From: Lachnospiraceae bacterium
GTDB taxonomy: Bacteria; Bacillota; Clostridia; Lachnospirales; Lachnospiraceae
Direction: 5' to 3'
DNA: 32,000 nucleotides
Assembly: GCA_017480565.1 (NCBI GenBank)
Contig: JAFVAL010000033.1
Location: forward strand, 58,412 to 90,411
In this document: positions 1 through 9,249 of the stretch, in pieces
How the letters are laid out: every line of letters starts with the position of its first letter
How positions within the stretch are numbered: position 1 is the stretch's first letter
Translations under genes and position numbers: made by a program
Notes under the pieces: generated by a model
Told to the model about the DNA's origin: nothing
The model's database searches: none
The model's input: only the letters and a program-made list of their open reading frames with translations

Positions 1-1
1 G

Positions 2-232
2 CCTCTGTCCGATTACCGGATGCTTGGCGGGCACAGAAAGCAAGGCCAGCCCTTCAACCCGGACGGCTACGTGCTAAACACCGAGATCATCCCGGATATG
101 GGGATCCTCTGCGGCCAGATTCTGCGCGGCGAGACGCATCCGATCAAAGAAGAACGCAATTTTGGCTTTTTGACTTACCTCTATCGCTACGGGAAGGCCG
201 GGATTGTACTTCGGAAGAATAAAATTCGCTAA
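2..232 (+). CDS. 3' end of an unidentified protein-coding gene (5' part lies outside the window)
   Basis: The frame is open from the window edge to TAA at 230-232, so the ORF-track Met at 20 is probably internal. I recognised no family from the C-terminal ~76 residues. Confidence 0.4.
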   Translation, partial: PLSDYRMLGGHRKQGQPFNPDGYVLNTEIIPDMGILCGQILRGETHPIKEERNFGFLTYLYRYGKAGIVLRKNKIR

Positions 233-265
233 TCTTTGGGAAATGAGTAGGAAAGGATATCATCT

Positions 266-1177
266 ATGGAAAATGGAATTGTTTGGTTCATGAACTGGGA
301 GGAACAGCTGATCGTCTGGCTGCAAAGCCTCGGTGCGGGCAGCTTTCTTCAGACCATTTTATTTTACTTAAATAACTTCTTCTCCTTCCTCGGAGAAGAA
401 TACATCTGTGTCGCGGTTTTGGGCGTCGTCTACTGGGGCCTCGACAAGAAGAAAGGCGAACGCATCGGCGTTGCGGTTTTATTTGCCAACGTGGGCATCG
501 GCCTTTTGAAAAATATCTTCGCCCGCATTAGGCCGTGGGCAGCGAGTGATAAAATCGAGTTGCTGCGCGATGTGGAAGGTTTCTCATTCCCGAGCGGCCA
601 CAGTGCAAACTGCACGACCCTCTACCCCACCACCGCGTATGAATACCGCGAGAAAAAGGCGTGGACCTGGGCGGCGATCCTGATCCCGATCCTCTGCGGC
701 ATCAGCCGCTGCTACGTCGGGGCACACTGGCCGACCGATGTCATCACCGGCTGGCTGACCGGCCTGATCATCTTCTTTGCCTGCACGACCGTGTTAAACA
801 AAGTGAAGAACAAATACATCTTCTACTTGGTCGTTCTAGGCATCAGCACCGTAGGCCTCTTCTACTGCAAGACCAACGATTTCTTCAGCTCCTACGGGAT
901 GCTCATCGGGTTTATCGCGGCAAAATGGTTTGAGGAGCGCCACGTCAACTTCGAAAACACCAAGAATCTCTGGCTGGTGTTCCTGCGCACCTTCGTAGGC
1001 GGTGTCTTATACTTTGCGCTGAGTGCCGGCATCAAAGCCGTCATCGGAAATATCTTCCCGGACGGTTCGTACGGGTACCTTCTTATGCGTACCGTGCGCT
1101 ACGGACTGGTGATCTTCCTCTTAATCGGGGTCTATCCGCTGGCCTTTCAGCTAGAGAAAAAATTTGCAAAAAAATAA
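266..1177 (+). CDS. PAP2-family (phosphatidic acid phosphatase type 2 / undecaprenyl-PP phosphatase-like) membrane protein
   Basis: All three PAP2 motifs are present: KNIFARIRPW (KxxxxxxRP), FPSGHS (PSGH) and SRCYVGAHWPTDV (SRxxxxxHxxxD). The protein is multi-TM, has an AGGAAAGGA RBS upstream, and extra C-terminal TM helices. Confidence 0.85.
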   Translation: MENGIVWFMNWEEQLIVWLQSLGAGSFLQTILFYLNNFFSFLGEEYICVAVLGVVYWGLDKKKGERIGVAVLFANVGIGLLKNIFARIRPWAASDKIELLRDVEGFSFPSGHSANCTTLYPTTAYEYREKKAWTWAAILIPILCGISRCYVGAHWPTDVITGWLTGLIIFFACTTVLNKVKNKYIFYLVVLGISTVGLFYCKTNDFFSSYGMLIGFIAAKWFEERHVNFENTKNLWLVFLRTFVGGVLYFALSAGIKAVIGNIFPDGSYGYLLMRTVRYGLVIFLLIGVYPLAFQLEKKFAKK

Positions 1178-1227
1178 CCCTCTTTCGAGGGAAGGGGCGG
1201 GTCGTCACCGAGGTGACGACCCTTTTT
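1178..1227. terminator. Back-to-back intrinsic terminators between convergent PAP2 and ABC-ATPase genes
   Basis: GGGTCGTCAC-cgag-GTGACGACCC + TTTTT (1199-1227) serves the + strand. On the minus strand, CCCTC-gaaa-GAGGG (1191-1178) is followed by TTATTTTTTTG. Confidence 0.6.
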
Positions 1228-1247
1228 GGTGTATGTAGGAGAGCTGA

Positions 1248-2402
1248 TCAAAAGGAATACTCTTTGCAGACAGGTGCATTATTTTGTGCAGACTCTGCAT
1301 CATACCAGATTAAGTTGTTGCCGCTTTCTTTGTCGAAAAGCTGCAGAAGCTTCGGCTGGGTTGTGAAGTTGATGGTCTGTCCGATGGATACATCGATTTC
1401 CAGATCCATGGTCGGAATCACCATGACCACTTCATCGTCCTCGCACATCGCATGGAGGTTCGCCTCCGTGCCCAACATCTCGCTCACTTCAATCTTTGCA
1501 GACAGATCGCCTTCTCCAACCGTAATATGCTGCGGGCGGATACCGACAACGATGTCACAAGGCTTCTGGTTGTTGCTCTTTAACGCTTTCTGCTTAAACT
1601 CATCCAGTTTAAACTTCACACCGCGAAGCTCCGCATAATAAACGCCATCTTCCAAAAGCAGCTTGCAGTTGTCAAAGAAGTTCATCACCGGCATCCCGAT
1701 AAATCCTGCCACGAAAAGGTTCACAGGCTTGTTAAAGAGATCCTGCGGCGTTCCGATCTGGTTCACATAGCCATCCTTCATGATGACGATGCGGTCACCA
1801 AGCGTCATAGCTTCTGTCTGATCGTGGGTGACATACATAAATGTCGTGTTGATACGCTGACGCAGCTTGATGATCTCTGCACGCATCTGGTTTCTAAGCT
1901 TCGCATCCAGGTTCGAGAGCGGTTCGTCCATCAGGAACACCTTCGGATCACGTACCATCGCACGTCCGATGGCAACACGCTGACGCTGGCCGCCGGAGAG
2001 CGCTTTCGGCTTCCGGTCAAGGTTCTGGGTGATATCCAGAATCTCTGCTACTTCATCGACCTTCTTATCGATCTAATCCTGCGGTGTCTTCTTTAACTTT
2101 AAGGCAAATGCCATATTGTCACGAACCGACATATGAGGATACAGTGCATAGTTCTGGAACACCATCGCGATGTCTCTGTCCTTCGGCGCAATGTCATTCA
2201 TCAGATTGCCGTCGATATAGAGTTCTCCTCCGGAAATGTCTTCCAGGCCTGCAACCATGCGCAGGGTGGTCGATTTTCCACAGCCGGACGGGCCGACGAG
2301 CACGATGAATTCCTTGTCCTTGATGTGCAGATTGACATCATGTACAGCAGTTACTTTGTTGTCGTAGACTTTCTTTAATCCTTTTAATAGTACTTCCGAC
2401 AT
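1248..2402 (-). pseudogene. Sugar ABC transporter ATP-binding protein (MsmX/MsmK/UgpC/MalK family) interrupted by one in-frame TAG (2073-2075)
   Basis: ORFs 2073-2402 and 1248-1958 share one frame. Read-through gives 384 aa with Walker [11 protein letters not shown]-loop [11 protein letters not shown], signature LSGGQRQRV, Walker B VFLMDEPLSNLD, H-loop YVTHDQ and a MalK-type C-terminal domain. The only defect seen is the TAG. Confidence 0.85.
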
Positions 2403-2747
2403 GCTAAAAACTCTGATGAGCCGGCCTCCGCCGAGTCACCTCACATTCGTCCGCAAAGGAACGAATCCCTTACGACAGGTCTCCACACTGCCGCACCGCG
2501 AGTTTAACGGATTACCTCCTATTCTTCATGTACGCCATTCATGCTGTGGAGTGAAAGACGCCATGGGATTGGTATTGTCCTGCAGCTTGCAGGATATACA
2601 CATTTTATCGGGTTTCCTGTCAAAAACACATGGAAGAATGTCACGCAAATATGGTTAGATGTTAGCTGTTTTTTGTTCATTTGCAGAGCATTATCAAACA
2701 ACACTAAAAATATAGAAATGTCTTCTGGCTAATTCAAATCGTAAAAC

Positions 2748-2810
2748 TCACATTTCTCCATATTTCAGTTACATTGCTCTATGTCACATTTCTCTATATC
2801 GTACTAGAAT
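2748..2810 (+). promoter_or_regulatory. Candidate activator-dependent promoter of the SBP-permease operon with a 16-nt direct repeat
   Basis: TCACATTTCTCCATAT (2748-2763) and TCACATTTCTCTATAT (2784-2799) match at 15/16 positions with starts 36 bp apart. The promoter-proximal copy abuts a poor -35 and is followed by TAGAAT (2805-2810). An AraC regulator is encoded in the locus. Confidence 0.35.
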
Positions 2811-2881
2811 AAACTTAACAGTTTCTCTGCCGGTATGGCAAAGAATCATCGTTTATTTCCATTTTAAGGAGGAGTTGAAAC

Positions 2882-4183
2882 ATGAAACGTGTAACTGTCC
2901 TGGCTCTTGTTGTTGTCATGCTGCTTGCTTTAGCAGGATGCGGTTCCAAGGATTCTGGGTCTTCTGGCGGTTCCAAAAACATAACGGTAAACATTTGGGA
3001 CTCCAACCAGCAGGCTGGCCTTCAGGAAATCGCAGACGAGTGGTCCAAGACTTCCGGTATCACCGCGAAGATCGAAGTCGTTGACTGGGATAACTACTGG
3101 ACCCTGTTAGAGGCTGGTGCATCCGGCGGCGAGATGCCTGATGTGTTCTGGACACATTCCAATACCGTTCAGCTTTATATGGACAACGATGTTCTTTTAA
3201 AGCTCAACGACTACATCGACAAGGACGATGCGATTGACCTTTCTAATTATTATGAAGGCGTTGTCGGTCTGTATACTCGTTCTGACGGAAATGTATACGC
3301 TTTGCCGAAGGATCATGATACCATCGCACTGCTCTATAACAAGGCTCTGTTTGATCAGTACAATGTCGCATATCCGACCGATGATTGGACCTGGGAAGAT
3401 ATGTATGAGGCTGCGAAGGCCATCACCGAAGGTTCTAACGGCGATGTCTACGGCATGGCAATGAACACTTCCAACAACCAGGATGGCTGGTACAACATCG
3501 TTTACGATTACGGCGCACAGATCATCAACGAGACGCATGATGGCACTTCTATCGGTTCTGCGCAGGGCAAGGCTGCCATGGAAATGGTCCGCAAGCTCTT
3601 AACCGTCGGTGCTCCTCAGTCCGTCGTTGCTGAGACCGGTACAGACTCTCTGTTCATGTCTGCAAAGACCGCAATGATCACACAGGGTTCCTGGATGATC
3701 AACGCATTCTACACCGCAGAGCATCACGATGATTATGCTTGGGCACTGCTTCCGTATGCAGATGTCAACGGCAACGGATCCTGCGATTCCGGCGAGCGTT
3801 ATTCCGCATATAACGGCCTTGGCTGGGCAGCTTCCGCAAAGACCAAGAATCCTGACGCAGCTTACAGCCTGATCTCTTATTTCTGCTCCAAGGAAGGACA
3901 GTTAAAGCAGTCTGAACTCGGCGTTACCATGGGCGGTATGAAGGGTGTCTCGGAAGCATTTGCAAATGCATTCCCTGGCATGGATGTATCCGCTTTCTTA
4001 AAGGCAGAAGACTATGATCTTTTCTTCCGTCCTTACACCCGTAAGACAACCATCTGGGAAGATGCCCTTCAGCAGGCAGGCGGTTTCTTGGATCCTTGGC
4101 AGAATCCTTCTGACCCTGCACTCATGGAGAAGGCTTGCGACAACGCACAGAAGATTATTGAAGACGCGATTGCGGCAGAATAA
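2882..4183 (+). CDS. Carbohydrate ABC transporter substrate-binding lipoprotein (family 1 extracellular solute-binding protein)
   Basis: It has a signal peptide with lipobox LLALAGC, followed by a G/S linker. A strong RBS AAGGAGGAG lies upstream. Size (433 aa) and composition are typical of sugar SBPs, and two permease genes follow. Confidence 0.9.
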   Translation: MKRVTVLALVVVMLLALAGCGSKDSGSSGGSKNITVNIWDSNQQAGLQEIADEWSKTSGITAKIEVVDWDNYWTLLEAGASGGEMPDVFWTHSNTVQLYMDNDVLLKLNDYIDKDDAIDLSNYYEGVVGLYTRSDGNVYALPKDHDTIALLYNKALFDQYNVAYPTDDWTWEDMYEAAKAITEGSNGDVYGMAMNTSNNQDGWYNIVYDYGAQIINETHDGTSIGSAQGKAAMEMVRKLLTVGAPQSVVAETGTDSLFMSAKTAMITQGSWMINAFYTAEHHDDYAWALLPYADVNGNGSCDSGERYSAYNGLGWAASAKTKNPDAAYSLISYFCSKEGQLKQSELGVTMGGMKGVSEAFANAFPGMDVSAFLKAEDYDLFFRPYTRKTTIWEDALQQAGGFLDPWQNPSDPALMEKACDNAQKIIEDAIAAE

Positions 4184-4191
4184 GGAGGCTT

Positions 4192-5091
4192 ATGGAAAAG
4201 GCATCTAAAAGCAAGCTCACGGCAGCCCAAAAGACAGAGGCTCGCTGGGGATGGGCGTTTATTGCACCGACGATGCTGGGCCTGATCATTTTGAACTTCT
4301 ACCCGGTGATCAACACGGTGTATCAGAGCTTTTGTAAGACCGGCGACTTTGGCCGTGGAAACACCTTCGTTGGCCTTGCAAACTATGTCCAGGCGTTCGC
4401 TGCCGGCGAAACCTGGCACTCTATCTGGAATACCATCAAGTACGCACTCATCGAAGTGCCTTTTGGCGTCATCATCGCTCTCGTACTTGCGGTCTTCTTA
4501 AACAGAAAGTTAAAAGGAACCTCCGCGTTCCGTACCATTTTCTTCCTTCCCATGGTCTGCGCACCTGCTGCCGTGGCAATGGTCTGGAAATGGCTTTACA
4601 ACCAGCAATTTGGTCTGTTAAACAACATTTTCCACACCAATGTTGCCTGGATCTCCGATCCGAAGATCGCCTGGATCTCCATCGGCATCATCGGCGTGTG
4701 GTCCATCATCGGTTATAACATGGTGTTGTTTATCTCCGGTTTGCAGGAGATCCCCGGGGACTACTACGAAGCAGCCGCCATCGATGGCGCAACCGGCATC
4801 CGCCAGTTCTTCCACATCACGGTTCCGCTTCTTAGCCCGACGACATTCTTCATCGTGCAGACTCGTGTCATCGGTGCACTGACCATCTTCGACTTGATGT
4901 TCATGGTCATGGACAAGACCAATGTTGCTTTGCAGAACACGCAGTCGATCGTCTACCTCTTCTACACCTATGCATTTACCAACGGTGATAAGGGGTACGG
5001 TGCAACCTTGGTTGTCATTCTCGTGCTTTTCATCATGTTAGTCACTTTCGCGATGCAAAAGGCCGAGAAGAAATTTGTATTCTATAACTAA
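4192..5091 (+). CDS. Carbohydrate ABC transporter permease (MalF/UgpA-like)
   Basis: Six TM segments and the EAA loop EAAAIDGATGIRQFFHITVPLL. The RBS is AAGGAGG, and the gene starts 8 nt after the SBP stop. Confidence 0.9.
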   Translation: MEKASKSKLTAAQKTEARWGWAFIAPTMLGLIILNFYPVINTVYQSFCKTGDFGRGNTFVGLANYVQAFAAGETWHSIWNTIKYALIEVPFGVIIALVLAVFLNRKLKGTSAFRTIFFLPMVCAPAAVAMVWKWLYNQQFGLLNNIFHTNVAWISDPKIAWISIGIIGVWSIIGYNMVLFISGLQEIPGDYYEAAAIDGATGIRQFFHITVPLLSPTTFFIVQTRVIGALTIFDLMFMVMDKTNVALQNTQSIVYLFYTYAFTNGDKGYGATLVVILVLFIMLVTFAMQKAEKKFVFYN

Positions 5092-5106
5092 GAAAGGAGA
5101 CGAAGT

Positions 5107-5949
5107 ATGGAAAGCGCACGTAAAAGAGCTCGGATCAATACGATCATCATCTATGTGATTCTGATCATCATGGCTTTTATCATGCTGGTCCCCTTTGTCT
5201 GGATGATCCTGACAGCGGTCAAAACCAACCAGGAAGCCATCTCTGTCAATCCGTTCTATATCTTCCCGCAGGCCGGCTGGCACTGGGAGAACTTCCTGAC
5301 GGTTTGGAAGAGCTACAACTTCCTGATCCTTTATAAGAATACTTTACTGATGATCTTCTTCCGTGTCGTCGCCGCATGTTTAACCGCAACCATGGCAGGT
5401 TATGCGTTCGGTCGTCTGAATTTCCGCGGCAAGAATTTCATGTTCTCTCTGATCCTGATCCAGATGATGATTCCTTCCCAGATTTTCATCATCCCTCAGT
5501 ACCTGATGGTTTCAAAACTTGGTATGTTAAATACCGTTGCAGGCCTGGTCTTCCCGGGTATCGTAACCGCCTTCGGTACTTACCTGTTAAAGACCGGCTA
5601 TCAAGGACTTCCGAAAGATCTGGAAGAGGCAGCCTCGATTGACGGCTGCAACATCGGCCAACGCTTCCTGCGCATCATGATGCCTTTGACTCGTTCTTCC
5701 ATGGTTTCTCTCGGTATCTTCACCGCACTCTTTGCATTCAAGGATCTGATGTGGCCGATGATCGTCTGCACCAGAGCGGAGACAACCACTCTTTCCGCCG
5801 GTCTTGCAAAGATGCAGGGACAGTATGGCAGCGATTATCCGACCATGATGGCCTCCGCTGTGCTGGCGATCGTTCCGATGATTGTCATCTATGTCATCTT
5901 CCAGAAGCAGTTCGTTGAAGGAATTGCAACCTCGGGCGGCAAGCTTTAA
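5107..5949 (+). CDS. Carbohydrate ABC transporter permease (MalG/UgpE-like)
   Basis: EAA loop EAASIDGCNIGQRFLRIMMPL, a multi-TM layout, and RBS AAGGAGA upstream. Confidence 0.9.
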   Translation: MESARKRARINTIIIYVILIIMAFIMLVPFVWMILTAVKTNQEAISVNPFYIFPQAGWHWENFLTVWKSYNFLILYKNTLLMIFFRVVAACLTATMAGYAFGRLNFRGKNFMFSLILIQMMIPSQIFIIPQYLMVSKLGMLNTVAGLVFPGIVTAFGTYLLKTGYQGLPKDLEEAASIDGCNIGQRFLRIMMPLTRSSMVSLGIFTALFAFKDLMWPMIVCTRAETTTLSAGLAKMQGQYGSDYPTMMASAVLAIVPMIVIYVIFQKQFVEGIATSGGKL

Positions 5950-5990
5950 TCATCAGGAGCAATCCTCCAGAAACACTTGATTTTTACACG

Positions 5991-6030
5991 GCCGGAGACG
6001 CTGCGCTTTGCTCTGCCTCCGGCTTTGTTG
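5991..6030 (+). terminator. Probable intrinsic terminator after the transporter genes
   Basis: GCCGGAG...CTCCGGC stem (5991-6023) followed by TTTGTTG. Confidence 0.5.
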
Positions 6031-6121
6031 CGATCTTTCCTAGGATATGCTAAAGTAGGATAACCTCATTTTTACGAACGTGACATTGTCAAGCGTTTTA
6101 CCGAAAGGAAGGTGAGCTCGC

Positions 6122-7006
6122 TTGAGTACGGAAACCCATCTTTATGAAACCAACAAATACCGTTGCTTAATCTATGCACAAAAACAGACGGACGATATCT
6201 ATCTAACCTCCTGCGGCATTGAAGTGTGCCTTCCCGGCTATGAATTTCATACGCATGGGCGCAGCGGCTATCACCTGCATGTGATCTTTTCCGGCAAAGG
6301 AGAACTCTCTGTAGAGGGTGCACACCAGTCGCTGCATTTTGGGCAAATGTTTATCACAAAGCCCGGCGAGGATACCTGGTACCGTGCAGATCATGATGAT
6401 CCCTGGACCTATTGCTGGATGACGTTTGACGGCAAGAATGCAGAAAAGTATTGTGAACTGGCTGGGTTTAGCCACGGTATCAATGCGAGGGACTGTCATG
6501 TCGCGACAGATCGCTTCTACGATCTTGTGCAAAAGCTCCTTGATCTGCCTGAACTGACCTTTGCAAATGATGTCATCCGCCTGGGTCTTCTCCTTGAGTA
6601 CATTGGCCTAGCCATCGAGTCCAATCAGACCACCGAGGCGGCGTCACACAAAGAACGGCTTTATTCCACCGACACTTATGTGGAATATGCTGCGAACTAT
6701 ATCCAGGCCAATTATGCTACGGTCAAAATCGGCGAAGTTGCAAGCTACGTCGGTCTTCACCGCAGCTATCTGACCAATATCTTTAAGAAAAAATTGGGGG
6801 TATCCCCCCAGGAATATCTGATGCAGTGCAGACTGAAACGGGCAGGATATCTGCTGCTTTCGTCTGACCTGCCCATCCAGGAGATCTCCCGCATCGTCGG
6901 TTATGAGAATCCTCTGACATTTTCCAAAATGTTTAAATCCTTTTACGGCGTCAGCCCAAAGCTGTATCGCCAGCAAAACGATGACACATCCGGCCAAACC
7001 ACATGA
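6122..7006 (+). CDS. AraC family transcriptional regulator (cupin-like sugar-sensing N-domain + HTH)
   Basis: The C-terminal AraC double HTH is present (SYLTNIFKKKLGVSPQEYLMQCRLKRAGYLL...IQEISRIVGYENPLTFSKMFKSFYGVSPKLYR). The start is TTG at 6122, preceded by GGAAGGTGA. Confidence 0.85.
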   Translation: MSTETHLYETNKYRCLIYAQKQTDDIYLTSCGIEVCLPGYEFHTHGRSGYHLHVIFSGKGELSVEGAHQSLHFGQMFITKPGEDTWYRADHDDPWTYCWMTFDGKNAEKYCELAGFSHGINARDCHVATDRFYDLVQKLLDLPELTFANDVIRLGLLLEYIGLAIESNQTTEAASHKERLYSTDTYVEYAANYIQANYATVKIGEVASYVGLHRSYLTNIFKKKLGVSPQEYLMQCRLKRAGYLLLSSDLPIQEISRIVGYENPLTFSKMFKSFYGVSPKLYRQQNDDTSGQTT

Positions 7007-7036
7007 TCTATCTATCACAGTTACGGGGACCCTATT

Positions 7037-9238
7037 ATGAGTATATTCTTTGATCAGAACCGCGGTTTGATTACATTACACACGAAAACTACCAGCTATC
7101 AGATGAAGATCGATTCCTATCGGCACGTGCAGCATCTCTACTATGGCGCCTCGATCGGAGATGCCGATATGTCCTATCTGCACCGTCATTACGACCGTGG
7201 TTTTTCCGGCAATCCCTACAACGCCCGCTGCGACCGCACGTATTCTCTGGATACGCTCAGTCAGGAATATACTTCATTTGGCGTCGGAGATTTTCGCATC
7301 TCCTCGCTCATTGCAACGATCGCAGACGGAAGCAGCTGCACGGAGTTTTTGTTTGAGGATCTTAAGATTCTGCCAGGCAAATATGCCCTTCCCGGCCTTC
7401 CGGTCTCCTATGACCGCGGCGAAGAGGCAGAAACCCTCATTCTCACGCTCATCGATCCGATCGCGAAAATCCGGCTCGCGCTTTACTACGGTGTGTTTGA
7501 AGAGCTCGATATCATCACCCGCGCCGCCAAAGTCTTTAACGACGGGGCGCAGCCTCTGACCCTTGAAAAAGCGTCCTCCGCTTGTCTTGACCTTCCTTAT
7601 GACAAATGGGATCTCATTCATTTTCATGGCAGGCATTGCATGGAGCGCCAGTTCGAGCGCGTCCCCCTCTCCCACAATATCCAGGAGATTTCCTCGATCC
7701 GTGGGATCAGCAGCCACCAGCACAATCCATTTGTCATTATCTGTGATCATGAAGCGGGAGAAGATCACGGCGCCTGTTATGGCTTTATGCTCTCCTACTC
7801 CGGCAACTTCAGTGCAGAGATCGAATACACGCAGCTTGACGCCGCGCGCGTCGTCATGGGCATTGCACAGACACATTTTCGCTGGGAGCTTGCCCCGGGA
7901 GAGTGCTTTGCTGCGCCGGAAGTCATTTTATCTTATGCGGACGGGCTTACCTCTTTAAGCCACCGGTACCATCATTTTCTGCGTTTCAATGTTTGCCGCG
8001 GAAAACACCAATTTGCGAAGCGCCCCGTGCTTTTAAACAGCTGGGAAGCGACATATTTTTCTTTGAAGGAAGAGACCTTGCTTGCGCTTGCAAAAGAAGC
8101 TGCTGCCTTAAACATCGAGCTCTTTGTGCTGGATGACGGATGGTATCAGGGACGCACCGACGACAACGCGGCTCTTGGCGACTGGTTTGCCGACAAAGAA
8201 CGCCTGCCGCACGGGCTTGCGGCTCTCAGTAAAAATGTTCACGACTTGGGTCTGCTCTTCGGCCTCTGGGTCGAGCCGGAGATGGTGAGTGAAAACTCCG
8301 ATCTTTTCCGTACGCATCCGGACTGGGTCGTGCGTGTGCCCGGCAGAAATCCGTTGATGAGCCGTAACCAGATGGCCCTGGATCTCTCCAGACAAGATGT
8401 CGTCGATTACCTTTACGACGTGCTAAGCAAGCTATTTCGGGAAAATGCGATCGACTACATCAAGTGGGACATCAACCGGACGCTTTCTGATCTGTATTCG
8501 AATGCACTTTCTGCAAAAGAGCAGGGGAAGTTCAGCCACCTCTACGTCCTTGGCTTATATCAGCTTTTAGAGCGCCTCACCCAGGCCTTCCCGGACATTC
8601 TCTTTGAAGGCTGTGCGGGCGGCGGCGGCCGGTTCGACGCCGGTATGTTAGCTTATTTCCCCCAGATCTGGGTCTCCGATGACACAGATGCGATCGAGCG
8701 CTTGATCATCCAGGAAGGCACTTCTTACGGATATCCGGCAAGCGTGATGGCCTCCCACGTCTCCGCCTGCCCGAACCACCAGACCGGGAGAACCACGCCC
8801 CTTGCGACGCGCGGTCTGGTCGCAAAATCCGGGCTTTTGGGCTACGAGCTGAATGTCTGTACCCTTTCGGACGCGGAGAAAACGGAGATTCGCCATCAGA
8901 TTGCAGAATATCATCGCGACGAGATTTTCGTCCAGGAAGGGCTCTACTATCGCCTGGCCTCCCCGCAGGATCATGTCGGCTACACCGCCTGGGAATTTGC
9001 GTTGCCGGATAGCTCCGCCGCCCTGGTCAACTTAGTCAACGTCCACCCGCAGGCCAATGCGATTTTAATCCATTTGTGTCTGAAGGGTCTGGACCCGCAG
9101 GCAACGTATCGCATCGAAGAAGATGATCTCATCGTATCCGGCGAAGCTCTGATGAGAGGCGGCTACACCTTCCCGCAGTTCCCGGATGATTTTCCGGCCA
9201 TGCAGCTACATTTGTACCGTGTTGATGAGAAGAAGTAA
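7037..9238 (+). CDS. Alpha-galactosidase, glycoside hydrolase family 36
   Basis: 733 aa with GH36 hallmarks: YIKWDINR (nucleophile region), LFEGCAGGGGRFD and SDDTDAIERL. It sits in a sugar ABC/AraC locus, as raffinose/melibiose operons typically do. Confidence 0.9.
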   Translation: MSIFFDQNRGLITLHTKTTSYQMKIDSYRHVQHLYYGASIGDADMSYLHRHYDRGFSGNPYNARCDRTYSLDTLSQEYTSFGVGDFRISSLIATIADGSSCTEFLFEDLKILPGKYALPGLPVSYDRGEEAETLILTLIDPIAKIRLALYYGVFEELDIITRAAKVFNDGAQPLTLEKASSACLDLPYDKWDLIHFHGRHCMERQFERVPLSHNIQEISSIRGISSHQHNPFVIICDHEAGEDHGACYGFMLSYSGNFSAEIEYTQLDAARVVMGIAQTHFRWELAPGECFAAPEVILSYADGLTSLSHRYHHFLRFNVCRGKHQFAKRPVLLNSWEATYFSLKEETLLALAKEAAALNIELFVLDDGWYQGRTDDNAALGDWFADKERLPHGLAALSKNVHDLGLLFGLWVEPEMVSENSDLFRTHPDWVVRVPGRNPLMSRNQMALDLSRQDVVDYLYDVLSKLFRENAIDYIKWDINRTLSDLYSNALSAKEQGKFSHLYVLGLYQLLERLTQAFPDILFEGCAGGGGRFDAGMLAYFPQIWVSDDTDAIERLIIQEGTSYGYPASVMASHVSACPNHQTGRTTPLATRGLVAKSGLLGYELNVCTLSDAEKTEIRHQIAEYHRDEIFVQEGLYYRLASPQDHVGYTAWEFALPDSSAALVNLVNVHPQANAILIHLCLKGLDPQATYRIEEDDLIVSGEALMRGGYTFPQFPDDFPAMQLHLYRVDEKK

Positions 9239-9249
9239 AGGAAGCGCAC

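Noticed and set aside
2413-2420. CUGAUGAG, the hammerhead ribozyme core sequence, just upstream of the ABC ATPase gene (+ strand)
   Set aside because: I could not build a stem II hairpin followed by a GAAA core and stems I/III around it. An 8-mer match alone is expected by chance.
6085-6100. cre-like sequence TTGTCAAGCGTTTTAC upstream of the AraC gene (CcpA site?)
   Set aside because: It cannot be aligned to WTGNAANCGNWNNCW without a one-base insertion, so the match is too weak to call.
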